Shown here: positions 12,375 through 24,904 of the stretch, piece by piece | Position numbering within the stretch: the stretch's first letter is position 1 | How the letters are laid out: the number at the start of each line of letters is the position of its first letter | Assembly (NCBI GenBank): GCA_038087875.1 | Contig: CM075977.1 | Location: 149,296,001 to 149,360,000, forward strand | DNA length: 64,000 nt | DNA from: Malacoraja senta | Lineage: Eukaryota | Direction: 5' to 3' | Position numbers and translations under genes: made by a program | The notes under the pieces: generated by a model | What the model saw: the letters and a program-made list of their open reading frames with translations, nothing else | Database searches by the model: none | Told to the model about the DNA's origin: nothing

Positions 12375-13205
12375 AATTACAATACAATACAATACCGTTT
12401 ATTGTCATTTGAACCTCAAATGAAGTTCAAACGAAATTTGGTTTCTGCAGTCATACAAACAAGTAAAAAGAAACAAGACACAACACAATTTACACAAACA
12501 TCCATCACAGTGAATCTCCTCCTCACTGTGATGGAAGGCAAAGTCTTATCTCTCCCCTGCACTCCACATTCTCCTCCCAATGTCAAAGTCAAAGCCCGCG
12601 GCCATTAAAGCCGCGCCGGGTGATGCAAGGCCACGCTCCAGGTCTTGATGTTGGAGCCCCCGGCGGGCGCAAGCAATTCCAGCGGCCATTTAAAGCCGCG
12701 CCGGGCGATGTAAGACCCCGCTCCAGGTCATCTTCAACCCCGCAACTCGGGCGGGAGAAGTCGCCGTTGCGGGAGCCCCGAAAAGCGGTCTTCCACCAGG
12801 GACCCGCGAGCTCCCGATGTCACCATCCACCGGGCCGGCGGCTCGAGCCTGCGAATCTCCGGGGTCGGGTCGCAGCCGCGCGCCACCACAGCTCCTCCCG
12901 TTCCGAACTCGGCCAGCTCCGCGATGGTGAGTAAGTCCGCCGGCTCCGCGACTGGAGCCCTAGGTCGTTCCGGTTGGAGGCCGCTCCACGGTGCTAGGCC
13001 CCAACGACAACGGAGACCCGACTGAGAAAGGTCTGGTCTCCCGTGCAGGGAAAATATTTTAAAAGTTTACCCCACCCTACTCCCCGCCCCCAACACATAC
13101 CCTGTTAAAAAAACACTATAAACAAAACTCAAACGGAAAAAAAAGAAGAAAAAAAAGACAGACAGACTGCAGAGGCCACTGCGACGTGAGTCGCGCCGCC
13201 CACCC
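12375..13205 (-). mobile_element. GC-rich non-autonomous retroelement with tgacaataaa + (TTGTA)n tail, inserted at the end of a Rex-like LINE fragment
   Basis: Tail at 12378-12410; CpG-rich body with a short internal duplication; termini resemble 31510-32590. Confidence 0.65.
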
Positions 13206-13659
13206 CTCTAAATTATGGAGATTGTTCCTTGAAACAACAGGCTCGATGGACCCAACCGGCCTGTTTTCATGTTGCAAGAAAATATAGAAATCTGAGCATT
13301 TGTAACTTCTGAAGAATCAAACGTAAAATGTTAAGAAGTATTAATACTGTAGATTGGTCAAATAAAAAATATATTCTTCAAGAGTGTTTTATTGTCATAT
13401 GTCCCAGATAGGACAAAGAAATTCTTGCTTGCTGCAGCACAACAGAATATGTAAACATAATACATAACGGGAGAAAAAAAGTTCGGTGTGTATATATACC
13501 ATTGTGGATAGCATGCGAAACAATGTAACCGCAGTACAATAAAACATTAATGCCATGTTGCTGGGCAAAATTGCTCAGCTTTAAACAATTTGTGCCTTGC
13601 TTTCATTGTGTAATTAATTCCGTGGAACTAACAGAGAAACTAAAAAGACTGAGATGCAT

Positions 13660-14320
13660 TTTCTGGCTAATAATCTTCCTTTCTCATTCAATGCCCGTGT
13701 CCCCCACCATCAATATCACGGGGGTAACCAATTATCAGAACCCAACTAGATCAGCCACATAAATATCATAGTTAGAAGGTATCCTCTAGCAAGTAAATCA
13801 TCTCCAGACACCTAAATCCTTTCCACATTGACAAGTCCCAAGTCAGGAGTTAATGGAAAACATCCAATTGTCTAGATGAGTGCAGCTGCAACAACTCTTA
13901 AGCAGCTCAATAACATCCAGAACAAAGCAGCCTGTTTAATTAGCACTGCTCCAAACACCCTAAACATTGATTGCCTCTCTCACCAAAGATCACAATGTAT
14001 AAGTTACAGCATGCAGTTTAGCCTCATGCCTAGGTTTCTCTATCAACAATTTATACGGTTGGAACTGCACTATCAAAAAGATAAGGGGAGAATGGAACAC
14101 CGCCATCTGCATGCTCCTCTCCACGTTGCAACCATCCTGTCTTGGAAATATATCACCTCTTCTTTGCTGGTCTACCTCCTGGAACTCCCTACCCAATCAC
14201 ATCACGGGAGTACCTTCACCAGTTCAAGGTGGCAGCTCACCACCACCTTCTCAAGGGCAACAAGGGATACATGCAGCCTTGCCAGTGATACCTCGTACCT
14301 GAAAAGAGCACAAATTTAAC
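13660..14320 (+). mobile_element. Old L2/CR1-group LINE 3' remnant
   Basis: TTLKQLNNIQNKAACLI; ends gcagctcaccaccaccttctcaagggcaa, as at 8000-8030. Confidence 0.65.
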
Positions 14321-14594
14321 ACGTTATTGTTGAAAAGTGGTTGCAATAAATGGCACAGGTCTCAAAAACACAAACATGAAGGAGGTATTGGCAAAAAGTA
14401 AATGCAAATATTGCAATATGTGAATCTTTCCATTCACTTCATTCCTACTTGAACCCATCTTTCATTGATAATGTCAAAGTCAGCAGAATCCAGAACATCA
14501 CATAATTAGTCGCTGGTCAAGTAATTTGCCACGGAATAAACAATTTCCCTTTATTGTATACTTATTTCAGGTAGTAAAATGATCTAAAAAGTGT

Positions 14595-14960
14595 TTTAGG
14601 ACTTTATCCCCTGGAGCACAGGAGGCAAGAGAGGTGATCTTATAGTGGTGTATAAAATCATGCGGACTCGTGTCCAAAGGACACAGGTTTAAGGCGAGAA
14701 GAGAAAGATTTAATAGGAACTCGAGGAGTGACTTTTTCCACAGAGGGTGGTGGGTATATGGAACAAACAGTCAGAGGAGGTAGTTGAGGCAGGTACTATA
14801 ACAACATTTAAAAGACATTTGGACAGGTAAATGGATAGGAAATGTTTAAGGAATATGAGCCAAATGCGGGAAGGTGTGTCGATGGGGCATCTTGGTCAGC
14901 GCGTGCAAGTTAAGCCAAAGGGCCAGTTTTCATGTTGTATTACTATGAATCTACGACTCT
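14595..14960 (+). mobile_element. Older degraded CR1 3' end
   Basis: gagaggtgatcttatag...acagagggtggtgggtatatggaac...gaagggcc-type 3' UTR. Confidence 0.75.
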
Positions 14961-15160
14961 TGTTATTTCAGAAAACAAAGATTGTTTTTGCATGAGCTAT
15001 TGCTTAGAACACATCTTGAACAGATTAAAATTTAACAGCTGCATTCAGGACAACAAGTCCAGAGACATACTCCCAGAGTTAATCAAACAAAGCACTTTCC
15101 TCACATTTTTTTCCCCCAAGGAACAGTTTAAGATACAAAATCATCACCAAGAAAAGTGTT

Positions 15161-15388
15161 TAAGAAAGAACTGCAGATGCTGGTTTAAATCGAAGGTAGA
15201 CACAAAATGCTGGAGTAACTCAGCGGGTGAGGCAGCATCTCTGGAGAGAAGGAATGGGCGACGTTTCAGGACGATACCCTTCTTCAGACTTGGCGACGTT
15301 TCGGGTCGAGACCCTTCTTCAGGGTCATGACCCAAAACGTCATCCATTCCTTCTCTCACCCGCTGAGTTACTCCAGCATTTTGTGTCT
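15161..15388. mobile_element. Palindromic Penelope-derived short element with two tandem hammerhead cores; 15-bp TSD accaagaaaagtgtt
   Basis: TSD at 15146-15160 and 15389-15403. Confidence 0.85.
15260..15322 (-). ncRNA. Two tandem minimal hammerhead ribozyme cores (35-nt period)
   Basis: Minus strand CTGAAGAAGGGTCTCGACCCGAAACGTC-gccaagt-CTGAAGAAGGGTATCGTCCTGAAACGTC. Confidence 0.65.
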
Positions 15389-15604
15389 ACCAAGAAAAGT
15401 GTTGTTCCTTGAACGAAAACCGAATGTTTCTTGTATAAATAATGCCCAAGCATAGAGCTTACAATTCACTTTCCTGGTGTCTCCAAGACAGAGCAAACGG
15501 TGCTGTAGGTGGCGATCTACGGCCTTGATTTTGAAAGATTCAGCTTTGATTGAGAAATAGCTTACTTTTAGGTGACCAGAATAGTGTTAATTTTCTTTAT
15601 GAAG

Positions 15605-15940
15605 TACCCTTGGGATGCATCATCACCTGGTTTGGGAACAGCTCTATCCGTGACCGCAAGAAATTGCAGAGTTGTGGACGTAGCCCTGACCATCACATAA
15701 ACCAACTTCCCTTCCATTTACTCAATGTACAGTTCATGCTGCCTCGGCAAGGCCGCCAGCATAATCAAGGACCAGTCTCACTTTCTCTTCTCTCCCCTCC
15801 CTTCAGGCAAGAGGTACAGAAGTTTCAAAATGCATACCTCCAGATTCAGGAACAGTTTCTTCCCAGTTGTTAACAGGCAACTGGACAGTCCTCTCATCAA
15901 CTAGAGTGCAGTCCTGACCTCCCATGTACCTCATTGGAAA
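15605..15940 (+). mobile_element. Rex1/Babar-like LINE 3' fragment
   Basis: GCIITWFGNSSIRDRKKLQ; cagattcaggaacagtttcttccc. Confidence 0.72.
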
Positions 15941-16382
15941 ACCTGAGAAACTGGAGTTGACTCAGAGGAGGTTCTGATGGGATCTATTGGGATATATTTG
16001 AAACCATGAAGAAGAAAGACAGTTGAGAGAGAACAAAAAAAAATTCCCACTGGTTATGAAACCATTAATAAGGATCATGGAATGAAGGTGATGGGCTAAG
16101 GTGACATTTTTGTTAAATCGCAGCAAGTGGTTACAGTCTGGAATTCACCACCAGGACTTTAAATTTTAAAGACAAAAAGAACGGAAGATCCTAGAAACCT
16201 TCAATGAAAACAGAACATTCATGAAATTCTCAGAAATCATCTGTGGAAAAAGAAAATGATTTAGAAGTTACAGATGTGCCAAGATGCTGCATGACCTGCT
16301 GAAAATTTCAACCATCTTTGTGTTTTTAAATCACAAAGAAATACTTCCAAATTTGAATAAAACAATTTAAGTTAGTTATGAA

Positions 16383-18190
16383 TACATAGATACATAGATA
16401 CATAGAAATTAGGTGCAGGAGTAGGCCATTCGGCCCTTCGAGCCTGCACCGCCATTCAATACGATCATGGCTGATCATCCAACTCAGTATCCCGTACCTG
16501 CCTTCTCTCCATACCCCCTGATCCCTTTAGCCACAAGGGCCACATCTAATTCCCTCTTAAATATAGCCAATGAACTGGCCTCAACTACCCTCTGTGGCAG
16601 AGAGTTCCAGAGATTCACCACTCTCTGTGTGAAAAAGTTTTTCCTCATCTCGGTCTTAAAGGATTTTCCCCTTATCCTTAAGCTGTGACCCCTTGTCCTG
16701 GACTTCCCCAACATCGGGAACAATCTTCCTGCATCTAGCCTGTCCAACCCCATAAGAATCTTGTACGTTTCTATAAGATCCCCTCTCAATCTCCTAAATT
16801 CTAGCGAGTATAAGCCAAGTCTATCCAGTCTTTCTTCATATGAAAGTCCTGACATCCCAGGAATCAGTCTGGTGAACCTTCTCTGCACTCCCTCTATGGC
16901 TATAATGTCCTTCCTCAGATTTGGAGACCAAAACTGTACGCAATACTCCAGGTGTGGTCTCACCAAGACCCTGTACAACTGCAGTAGAACCTCACTGCTC
17001 CTATACTCAAATCCTCTTGCTATGAAGGCCAACATACCATTCACTTTCTTCACTGCCTGCTGCACCTGCATGCCTACTTTCAATGACTGGTGTACCATGA
17101 CACCCAGGTCTCGCTGCATCTCCCCATTTCCTAATCGGCCACCATTTAGATAATAGTCTGCCTTCCCGTTTTTGCTACCAAAGTGGATAACCTCACATTT
17201 ATCCACATTATACTGCATCTGCCAAACATTTGCCCACTCACCCAGCCTATCCAAGTCACCTTGCAGTCTCCTAGCATCCTCCTCACAGCTAACACTGCCC
17301 CCCAGCTTAGTGTCATCCGCAAACTTGGAGATGTTGCTTTCAATTCCCTCGTCCAGATCATTAATATAAATTGTAAATAGCTGGGGTCCCAGCACTGAGC
17401 CTTGTGGTACCCCACTAGTCACTGCCTGCCATTGTGAAAAGGACCCGTTTACTCCTACTCTTTGCTTCCTGTTTGCCAGCCAGTTCTCTATCCACATCAA
17501 TACTGAACCCCCAATACCGTGTGATTTAAGTTTGTATCCTAATCTCTTATGTGGTACCTTGTCGAAAGCCTTCTGAAAGTCCAGATACAACACATCCACT
17601 GGTTCTCCCCTATCCACTCTACTAGTTACATCCTCGAAAAATTCTATAAGATTCGTCAGACACGATTTACCTTTCGTAAATCCATGCTGACTTTGTCCAA
17701 TGATTTCACCACTTTCCAAATGTGCTGCTATCCCATCTTTAATAACTGACTCTAGCAGTTCCCCCACTACCGATGTTAGACTAACTGGTCTGTAATTCCC
17801 CGTTTTCTCTCTCCCTCCCTTCTTAAAAAGTGGGGTTACGTTTGCTACCCTCCAATCCTCAGGAACTACTCCAGAATCTAAAGAGTTTTGAAAAATTATC
17901 ACTAATGCATCCACTATTTCTGGAGCTACTTCCTTAAGTACTCTGGGATGCAGCCTATCTGGCCCTGGTGATTTATCGGCCTTTAATCCATTCAATTTAC
18001 CCAACACCACTTCCCGACTAACCTGGATTTCACTCAGTTCCTCCATCTCCTTTGACCCGCGGCCCCCTGCTATTTCCGGCAGATTATTTATGTCTTCCTT
18101 AGTGAAGACGGAACCAAAGTAGTTATTCAATTGGTCTGCCATATCCTTGTTCCCCATGATCAATTCACCTGTTTCTGACTGCAAGGGACT
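16383..18190 (-). mobile_element. CR1-clade LINE, 5'-truncated; intact 566-aa ORF2 fragment with whole RT domain (16484-18184)
   Basis: NYRPVSLTS, QHGF, YLDFQKAFDKV, GVPQGSVLGP and FADD motifs; (CTATGTAT)n tail at 16383-16405. Confidence 0.96.
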
Positions 18191-20049
18191 GCAAAATACT
18201 CAATAGTTTGCTACCCATTTTTTTTCTCCCCGCTATCCGCACTTTGGTTTCTCTTCCTCTTGATCATGAAAAAATAAACACCAGATTTTTCAGCACTATG
18301 CACAGATGTACTTTCCCTAGCACCAATTTCTGTGTCATTGGCAGGCTGCACAAACATAATCTATAATTTCCAGGATGGAATCTAAAAACAATTCAGATTT
18401 AGTTGCATGTGGCGGAATAATAGAGTATAATTAAATAGACTACTTACTGGTTATACATCCTCTACATATTATATATTGCATTCTTTCTAACCCAAGAAGC
18501 CTTGCGCATCTGTTTAGAACAGGTCAGTCACAATTTGTTTGACATAACAGGACAGTTATTCAGTCCATGGGTGGAGCACAATAAAGCTATTGTGTTCTAT
18601 TTCTTACACGCATTAGGAATATCCTTATGTTCCCCTAGGACTGCAAGGAACAACTAAAATTTTCTTCTTAAATAAATGCTTCTGCAGTCATTATAAATTA
18701 AGGGAGGAATTTAATAGACTTGTGTATCACAACCACTGGCCAAAGAATAAAAGTTGCTAATATGTCCAAAATATGTGGTTTAAAACCCCCCCAACATAAT
18801 TGAACATAAAAAATGTTTTAGGCTCGATGCCTATATATTTGACCATTAAATATCGATAGTGCTGCTAAGGGAGGTGGAGATTAGTCCTACTCACAAGGGG
18901 CATGGGAAAGATAGAGCCTTGTGCAAATGTGTTGTGTGTACAGATGTTTTATTGACGAAGATGTGGGATCAAATTGCTCAATTTCCACAGAGAGGCAAGC
19001 AAGTAATATTACCAAGTCAGAATTGGGTTGGTTGCAGATTAAAAACAAAGCAGCGATAACTAGGGTAATATATTTGGTGAAAAATGCTTTTAGTATCGAC
19101 TCCCTCTAACCACTGGTTATGTATTTCTCCCACCAACATCCAACAGGGAGTTTCAATAATTTCAATGAACTAAGCAAAACTACAACTCATGAGTAACTAT
19201 TCTTTAGCTACTTATTATGTGGCTTTGCTATAAAAAAACAGTAAATACCAAGTACAGAAAACAAGTGCCAGGGTTACTTTGAAAATATTCCACTGGCTAT
19301 TAAATTCAGTTAAGTAACACAGAGCTCTTGTTGGCAGGATCTAAAGGGTGCAGTGGTGTGTTGGTCACATTCATTTTACATTCCAGATTTTCAGTGATTT
19401 GTGAAACCTGGCTTAAGATTCACACGAAAGACCCTTCGTCAGAACTGGGAAAGATTAGCAAAAAGACAGTTTTAAGTTGTATCCAAGGTGCTGCTAAAAA
19501 TGGAGAGGACATTGTTAGACATTTCAAGAACTAAACATCAAAACCTGACATTACTTTTTTGTACCATCACCCACACCTGAATTTTTGATGCATTGGATGG
19601 TATTTTTTTTGAAATGAACAGCAACAAATGTCAAGGTTTTGCAAGATGAGGATCAATGCCCTTCAGCCATATAATTCTGCCTACGATCCATCATTTAAGA
19701 ATGCTTTCAAATTCCAAGGCTTAATTAATGGTTAAGATTTATATATCTTTGGTATTGTGATTTGTAAACTTCTCATAGTTGCAGTCTCTAAAATCAAGAA
19801 CACTTCAGGGTCCATTTTTACAGTAAAAAGAAATACAGGTTTATGAGCATTTAATTTCAACTGCAGAGAATTTGTACATTGTATATAAAAAAGACCCAAA
19901 ACTTAAATTGAAATAGCAAAGACTGAAGAAGGGACCAAACGGAATCATCAACTGATCAGTTGCTTCCAGCATTACTGATCTTTATTCCAGCAATTCACTT
20001 TTGATTTCTTTGATGCCTGCATCATCTCATGACACAATGCTTCAGTTCA

Positions 20050-20315
20050 TTGAGCCGCTGCCTCACAGCATCAGACACCCAGGTTCAAACCCGACCTCTG
20101 GTGCTGTCCACGTGAAGTGTGCACATTAATTCTATGGTCGCATGGGTTTCCCCCACATCCTAAAGACTTGTTGATTAGTAGGTTAGTTGCTCCAAGTATG
20201 TGATGAGTGGTAGAATAGTGAGAGAACTGATGAGAGGGCGGGTGGAATAAAATATGGACTAGTGTAAATGGCAGGTTGATGGTCAAACTGGACAATGGGT
20301 CTGAATGGCCTGTGT
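20050..20315 (+). mobile_element. Degraded V-SINE
   Basis: gctgcctcacagc...ccaggttcaaacccgacctctggtgctgtc...gaatggcctgt. Confidence 0.7.
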
Positions 20316-20604
20316 GTAGCACCACCATCAACCTGCCATTTGTATCTCTCTGACTATTTACACACACATGGAAAACAAAACAGTGCAATACCCCCCTCAT
20401 GGAAGACTTGGTCTAAAGCAAGCAAGTGCATGCTTATAGCTATTCCCAATATCAGTTTAATATGCTGAGTATCAATGCATGATAAAAAATCATATCCCAT
20501 TAATATAATTTGTACATTATGATTCTTGGGCCTGGTGTGCATGTGGATGCTATTGTTCTCTGAACAGTTAACATTGAAAGAAAAAGCAAACTAAAAGGGG
20601 CCAG

Positions 20605-20810
20605 GCAGTCATAGAGTCTGACAGCATGGAAACAGGCCCTTCAGCTCAACTTGCCCAGGCCCACCAAGATGCCCCATCTACGCTGGACCCAACCACCCGT
20701 GTTTGGCCCATATCCCTCTAAACCTTTCTTATTCATGTACCTGTACAAATATCTTTTAAATATTGTCATAGTACCTGCCTCAATAACCTTTCACTGCTTC
20801 ATTGGTTACA
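20605..20810 (-). mobile_element. Older CR1 3' UTR fragment
   Basis: acagcatggaaacaggcccttcagc is the reverse complement of the CR1/V-SINE tail. Confidence 0.7.
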
Positions 20811-20949
20811 GATCCTTCAGATGCCAACCCTCTTCTGAATAGGTTCTTCTCTTTCATTCAAACCTTCCCTTCACTATAGTCTATTGCAGTAGTTTGGATT
20901 TTTAACGTTACCATTGATTATTTGGTAGATGGTTAATAACTCGTTATTC

Positions 20950-21332
20950 ATTCATTCATCGTCGTTGAAAACATTAGCGACGCAGTGGTGCTGGTTTCCA
21001 AAGGGAACGGTGACGGATGCACCACACATCTCTGTCCTCCAGTTCCTGCGGACTTCCGCTGCTGGAAGTATAGGATTTTGGTGTGTGTGCTTTATCATCT
21101 ATCCTTACAATGCTATGTATGACAGTGATCACAACTTCTACTGAAGTGTGGATGGCCGATGGCTCGCTAGAAGCTCATCCGCCCTTTGACAGGTCTTGTT
21201 TTTGGTCCTGCTGGAGGTCCACAACCCCCTCCTCGCCTGGCAAACCAGGTGGGGGAGACGGTTTAGTCGGCGACCATCCAACCATGAAGCAGGTAGCACG
21301 GGATTACATGAACTCCCCCCGACCTGACCATG
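20950..21332 (-). mobile_element. RTE-type short non-autonomous element (SINE-like) with (TGAA)n tail and 12-bp TSD aactcgttattc
   Basis: TSD at 20938-20949 and 21333-21344; short tandem tail; RTE assignment is from general resemblance only. Confidence 0.7.
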
Positions 21333-22734
21333 AACTCGTTATTCCTGGCACAAAATTTCCTGTGCTAATAAATTGTGTTTAATCAGCATAATTTAAAATT
21401 GCCCAACTATATCTTATATTCATTGACGAGTTTTGATCTAAAAAGAGACCTCAAAGAAGGAAAAATTGAGGGTGTTGGTTGAACTAATATAGCTTTGAAA
21501 CCATTAAGAAAAGCAGCTTTGTTTTAAAATAACCATCACCACATTCAAAATGAAGTAAGTGGCAAAGAGGTCCATTAATGCCCAGTTTATTAATATGTCA
21601 TTATTCAGTGGGTTGTAATAGTCTGGCCCCAATGCAATAATGTTGTTAGTGAGACCATTTTCAATCAATTAAAGGGCTGTCTGGAAGTTGATGCTTCATG
21701 CAAAAAAAATGTGGTCACATTCATCGCTGCTTATCTTTTCCATCTCCCACTTCCATTCTGTCTACATACTTGACTGCTGGTGACCAGAAATATGTTTTCT
21801 CATTCCTTACGTAGGGACTTGGTAATATCAGCACATTTGGATTAGGAGATTTTTTTGTGTTCTATCTCAATTTGTGCACTATTCTTAAATGGTGCTTTGC
21901 TTTTTGGATTTGGAATTTATTTTGTTTTTAATATATCCTGCTGCAATCCTGCAATCAAGTTTGCGCCAGTTATCCTAACAAAAATAGAAAACTAAAAGGA
22001 GGCTTTCAACTCCAAGACTGCTCTACCGTTCACTTGCCGACTCTCTATCTTAATATCATGTTCCCACGCTCTCCCCCTATCCACTGATGTTTTTTTATGC
22101 CCAGAAATATCCCTTCCTAAACATAGACAGAAGCACGAGTCTCACCCACCCTCTCTGGTAGATGCATTCCACAGGTCACTCTGCCTTCTGATGGAATACA
22201 TTTCTCCTCATCTGCATCCTACATGTTGTGCCCCTACCCCAAGATTGCCAAACCTGGTTCTAAGATATCAGAAGGAAAATACCCTCCATCTCTCACTAAT
22301 TGTTTTCAGGTTCCACTTTGAAGTTACTGGATTCCTAAGGAGCAGTCTCAGCTCCTTCTGTTAATGCTTGTGACTTGACATAACATCCTTGTAAACTGTC
22401 TCTCCACACAACATGAAAGTCTTTTATAAACCAGCATCATTACATTTTGTCCAAAATTTCAGGGCATTACTTTAATTAAAACTTGATAAAATCTTGAAGC
22501 TTTAAATCTCTTCAGAGCTAAGTAGTATACTTTGGACAGAGTTGTGAAGAAACAAGCACTTAGGGACAATGATTTTTATTTATCTTTAAAAGTTGTTCCT
22601 CTTTGTTGTTGTTGGTCCATAGTTTTGGCATGGTGTAGACAGTTTTTCATTTCTTCATGTGATAAAGCCAAATATCTTGTCTGTTCTTGAGTTCATTTAA
22701 AATTAATCAGATATTATTACTTTATGGTAAACCC

Positions 22735-24135
22735 AATGTTGGGTGGAAGGGAAAAAGTGGGGTGTGGGGGGGGAGGGAGGAAAATAGGGATCCCAGAGTA
22801 AGGAGCAGAAGGTGAGCAGATGGAGGAGAGTAAGGAACCAGTTGACAGGGGCAAGGGAGGTGGAAAGAAAGGTGTATGCAAACAGGGAGTACCAGAAATT
22901 GGAGAATTTAATATTCATGCCATTGGGGAGGAGGTAACCCAAGCAAACCGGGGGGGGGGGTGCCATTCTCCCACTCTTATATGGCCTCACTCCAGCAATA
23001 GAGGAGGTAGAGGGCAGAAAGGTTGGTATGGGATTGGGAAGAGGAAATAAAACGATGAGCAAGCAGAAGTTCCAGCAGGCCCTGATGGATAGAGCATGTG
23101 TTCACCAAAACCATCATCCAGCCTACGCTTGATCTCACTAATGTAGAGTGAGTGGGCCACATTGAGAGCGCCACAGGCAAAGGGCAAGATTGGAGAAGGT
23201 GGGAGTAAACCTGTCGCACTTGGAACTGCCATAGGGGTCAATAAATGGAGGTGAGGGAGTTGGTGCTTGGGACAAATGTCACTTCCCTGGGGAAAATGCC
23301 TGTGTACAGGGAGGATGGATGGGAAGGGTTGAGCAAATCAAGGAGTCACGGACGTCACAGCTGAAAAGAGGTGGGGCAAAATGACCAGTGGTGGGATCGC
23401 GTTGAAGCTGGTGGATATGCCGGAGAATGAAGTGAGGGCTGATGGGTGAAAAGCATTGACCAGGAGAATTGTCTCCCTATTCTGTCTCTGGGGTGAGGGG
23501 CTGAGTGTGTGTGGGGAAATGGGGAGATATGGGTGAGGGTTCCTTTACTACAGGATGGTTGAAGAAAGTGGACATTTCTGATGTCCTAGATTGGAAAACC
23601 ACATCTCAAGAGCAGATGTGGCAGAGGTGCAGAAACTGCAAGACAGGGATGGTGCCTTTGCAACAGATGGGGTGGGGTGGTTTTAAGGTAGCTATGAAAG
23701 TCAGTTAGTTTGTAGTAGATGTCAGTGGAGAGATTGTCTGCTGAAATAGAGGCAGAGAGATCAAGAAATGGGAGAGAGGTGGCAAAGATGGTCCAAGTGA
23801 ATTTGAGGGCATGGTGAAAGTTGGCGATGAAGTTGATTAAATTGATACATTCTGCATAGGCACTGGAGACAGCCCCAATGCAGTCGTAAATGTGGCAGAG
23901 TTGGGGAGGTGGTGTTGGGGTGCTTTAAAACCTTGTTCAACGTTGCCAAAGACAAGCAAGAGCTGGGGCCCACGCAAGTGCCCATAGCAACAACTTTGAC
24001 TTGAAGAAAGTGAGAGGAATCATAAGTTCCACCAGGCAGAGACGAGTATTAGTTGAGGGTAACTGTGTGGGTCTTTGTTCAGGGAAGAAACGGAAGACCC
24101 TCAAGGTCTCTTTGATGGAGAATGAAAGTGTAAAA
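22735..24135 (-). mobile_element. Degraded Penelope-like element (RT to GIY-YIG)
   Basis: MGTCVGPS RT motif; LYISEIKRRLDDGF GIY-YIG remnant. Confidence 0.8.
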
Positions 24136-24239
24136 TGAATGGACATCAAGGTTTCAAGGTCAGTTTATTGTCACATGTACCAATTAAGGTACATTGAAAT
24201 TCCAGTTCCTTGGCCCCCATTGCCTCATCTTTACCATTT

Positions 24240-24500
24240 CCACTTCACTACTCCCGTGACTGTAGCAAGTACAGCGCCAACTCAATCTTTAAGTTTGCCA
24301 ATGATATCACTGTTGTCAGCTGGATCAACAACTATGAAGATTTGGAGTATGTGTCATGGTGTCAGACCAAGAACGTAACCCTTAATATCGGCAAGACAAA
24401 AGACCTGGTTGATGAAATAAGGAAAGGGGGGGGAATAAACACAACTTTTCCTCATCAACAGAACTGCTGCAGAGATGGTCGTCAGCTTCAAGATAACACA
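24240..24500 (+). mobile_element. Rex1/Babar-like RT fragment
   Basis: NSIFKFANDITVV...WCQTKNVTLNIGKTKDLV. Confidence 0.7.
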
Positions 24501-24530
24501 TATTCATGTCACATCACCTCATCCATATTA

Positions 24531-24904
24531 CAGGGCGCTCGCTTAACTTTTTTTCCCTGTTGCCAGCCAGGCAACCTAGGCAGCTTTTTAGGTTGCCAAA
24601 TGACAGTTTAGGTGGTCATTTAAGACGGCTTGCATGACACGTGCGATAATGTGCTCGGACGAAGTGAGTAGTTACCAGTCAGAATTATGCTCAATGAAGC
24701 ATTCACGTATTATTTCTGCTTAAAATAAAGTCACAAACTAAACATATTCACCAATCAAGACATGATATATACCACAATGACATGCAGCAAAATTACAATA
24801 CAGTATCTCATCTCCTTTTACACGTTGCAATGAATGCAATTTCTATTATTTCTTTCCACTTCCAAACAAAATTCTGGTTGGATTATTCAGCATATGATCA
24901 ACCT
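24531..24904 (+). mobile_element. Left end of a hAT-like element (CAGGGC terminus)
   Basis: Near-identical to 30498-30866; ggttgcc/ggcaacc subterminal repeats. Confidence 0.75.

Noticed and set aside
16467-17749. Multiple plus-strand ORFs (MYVSIRSPL..., MADHPTQY..., MLPKWITSH...)
   Set aside because: Antisense shadows of CR1 ORF2, recurring in the other CR1 copies
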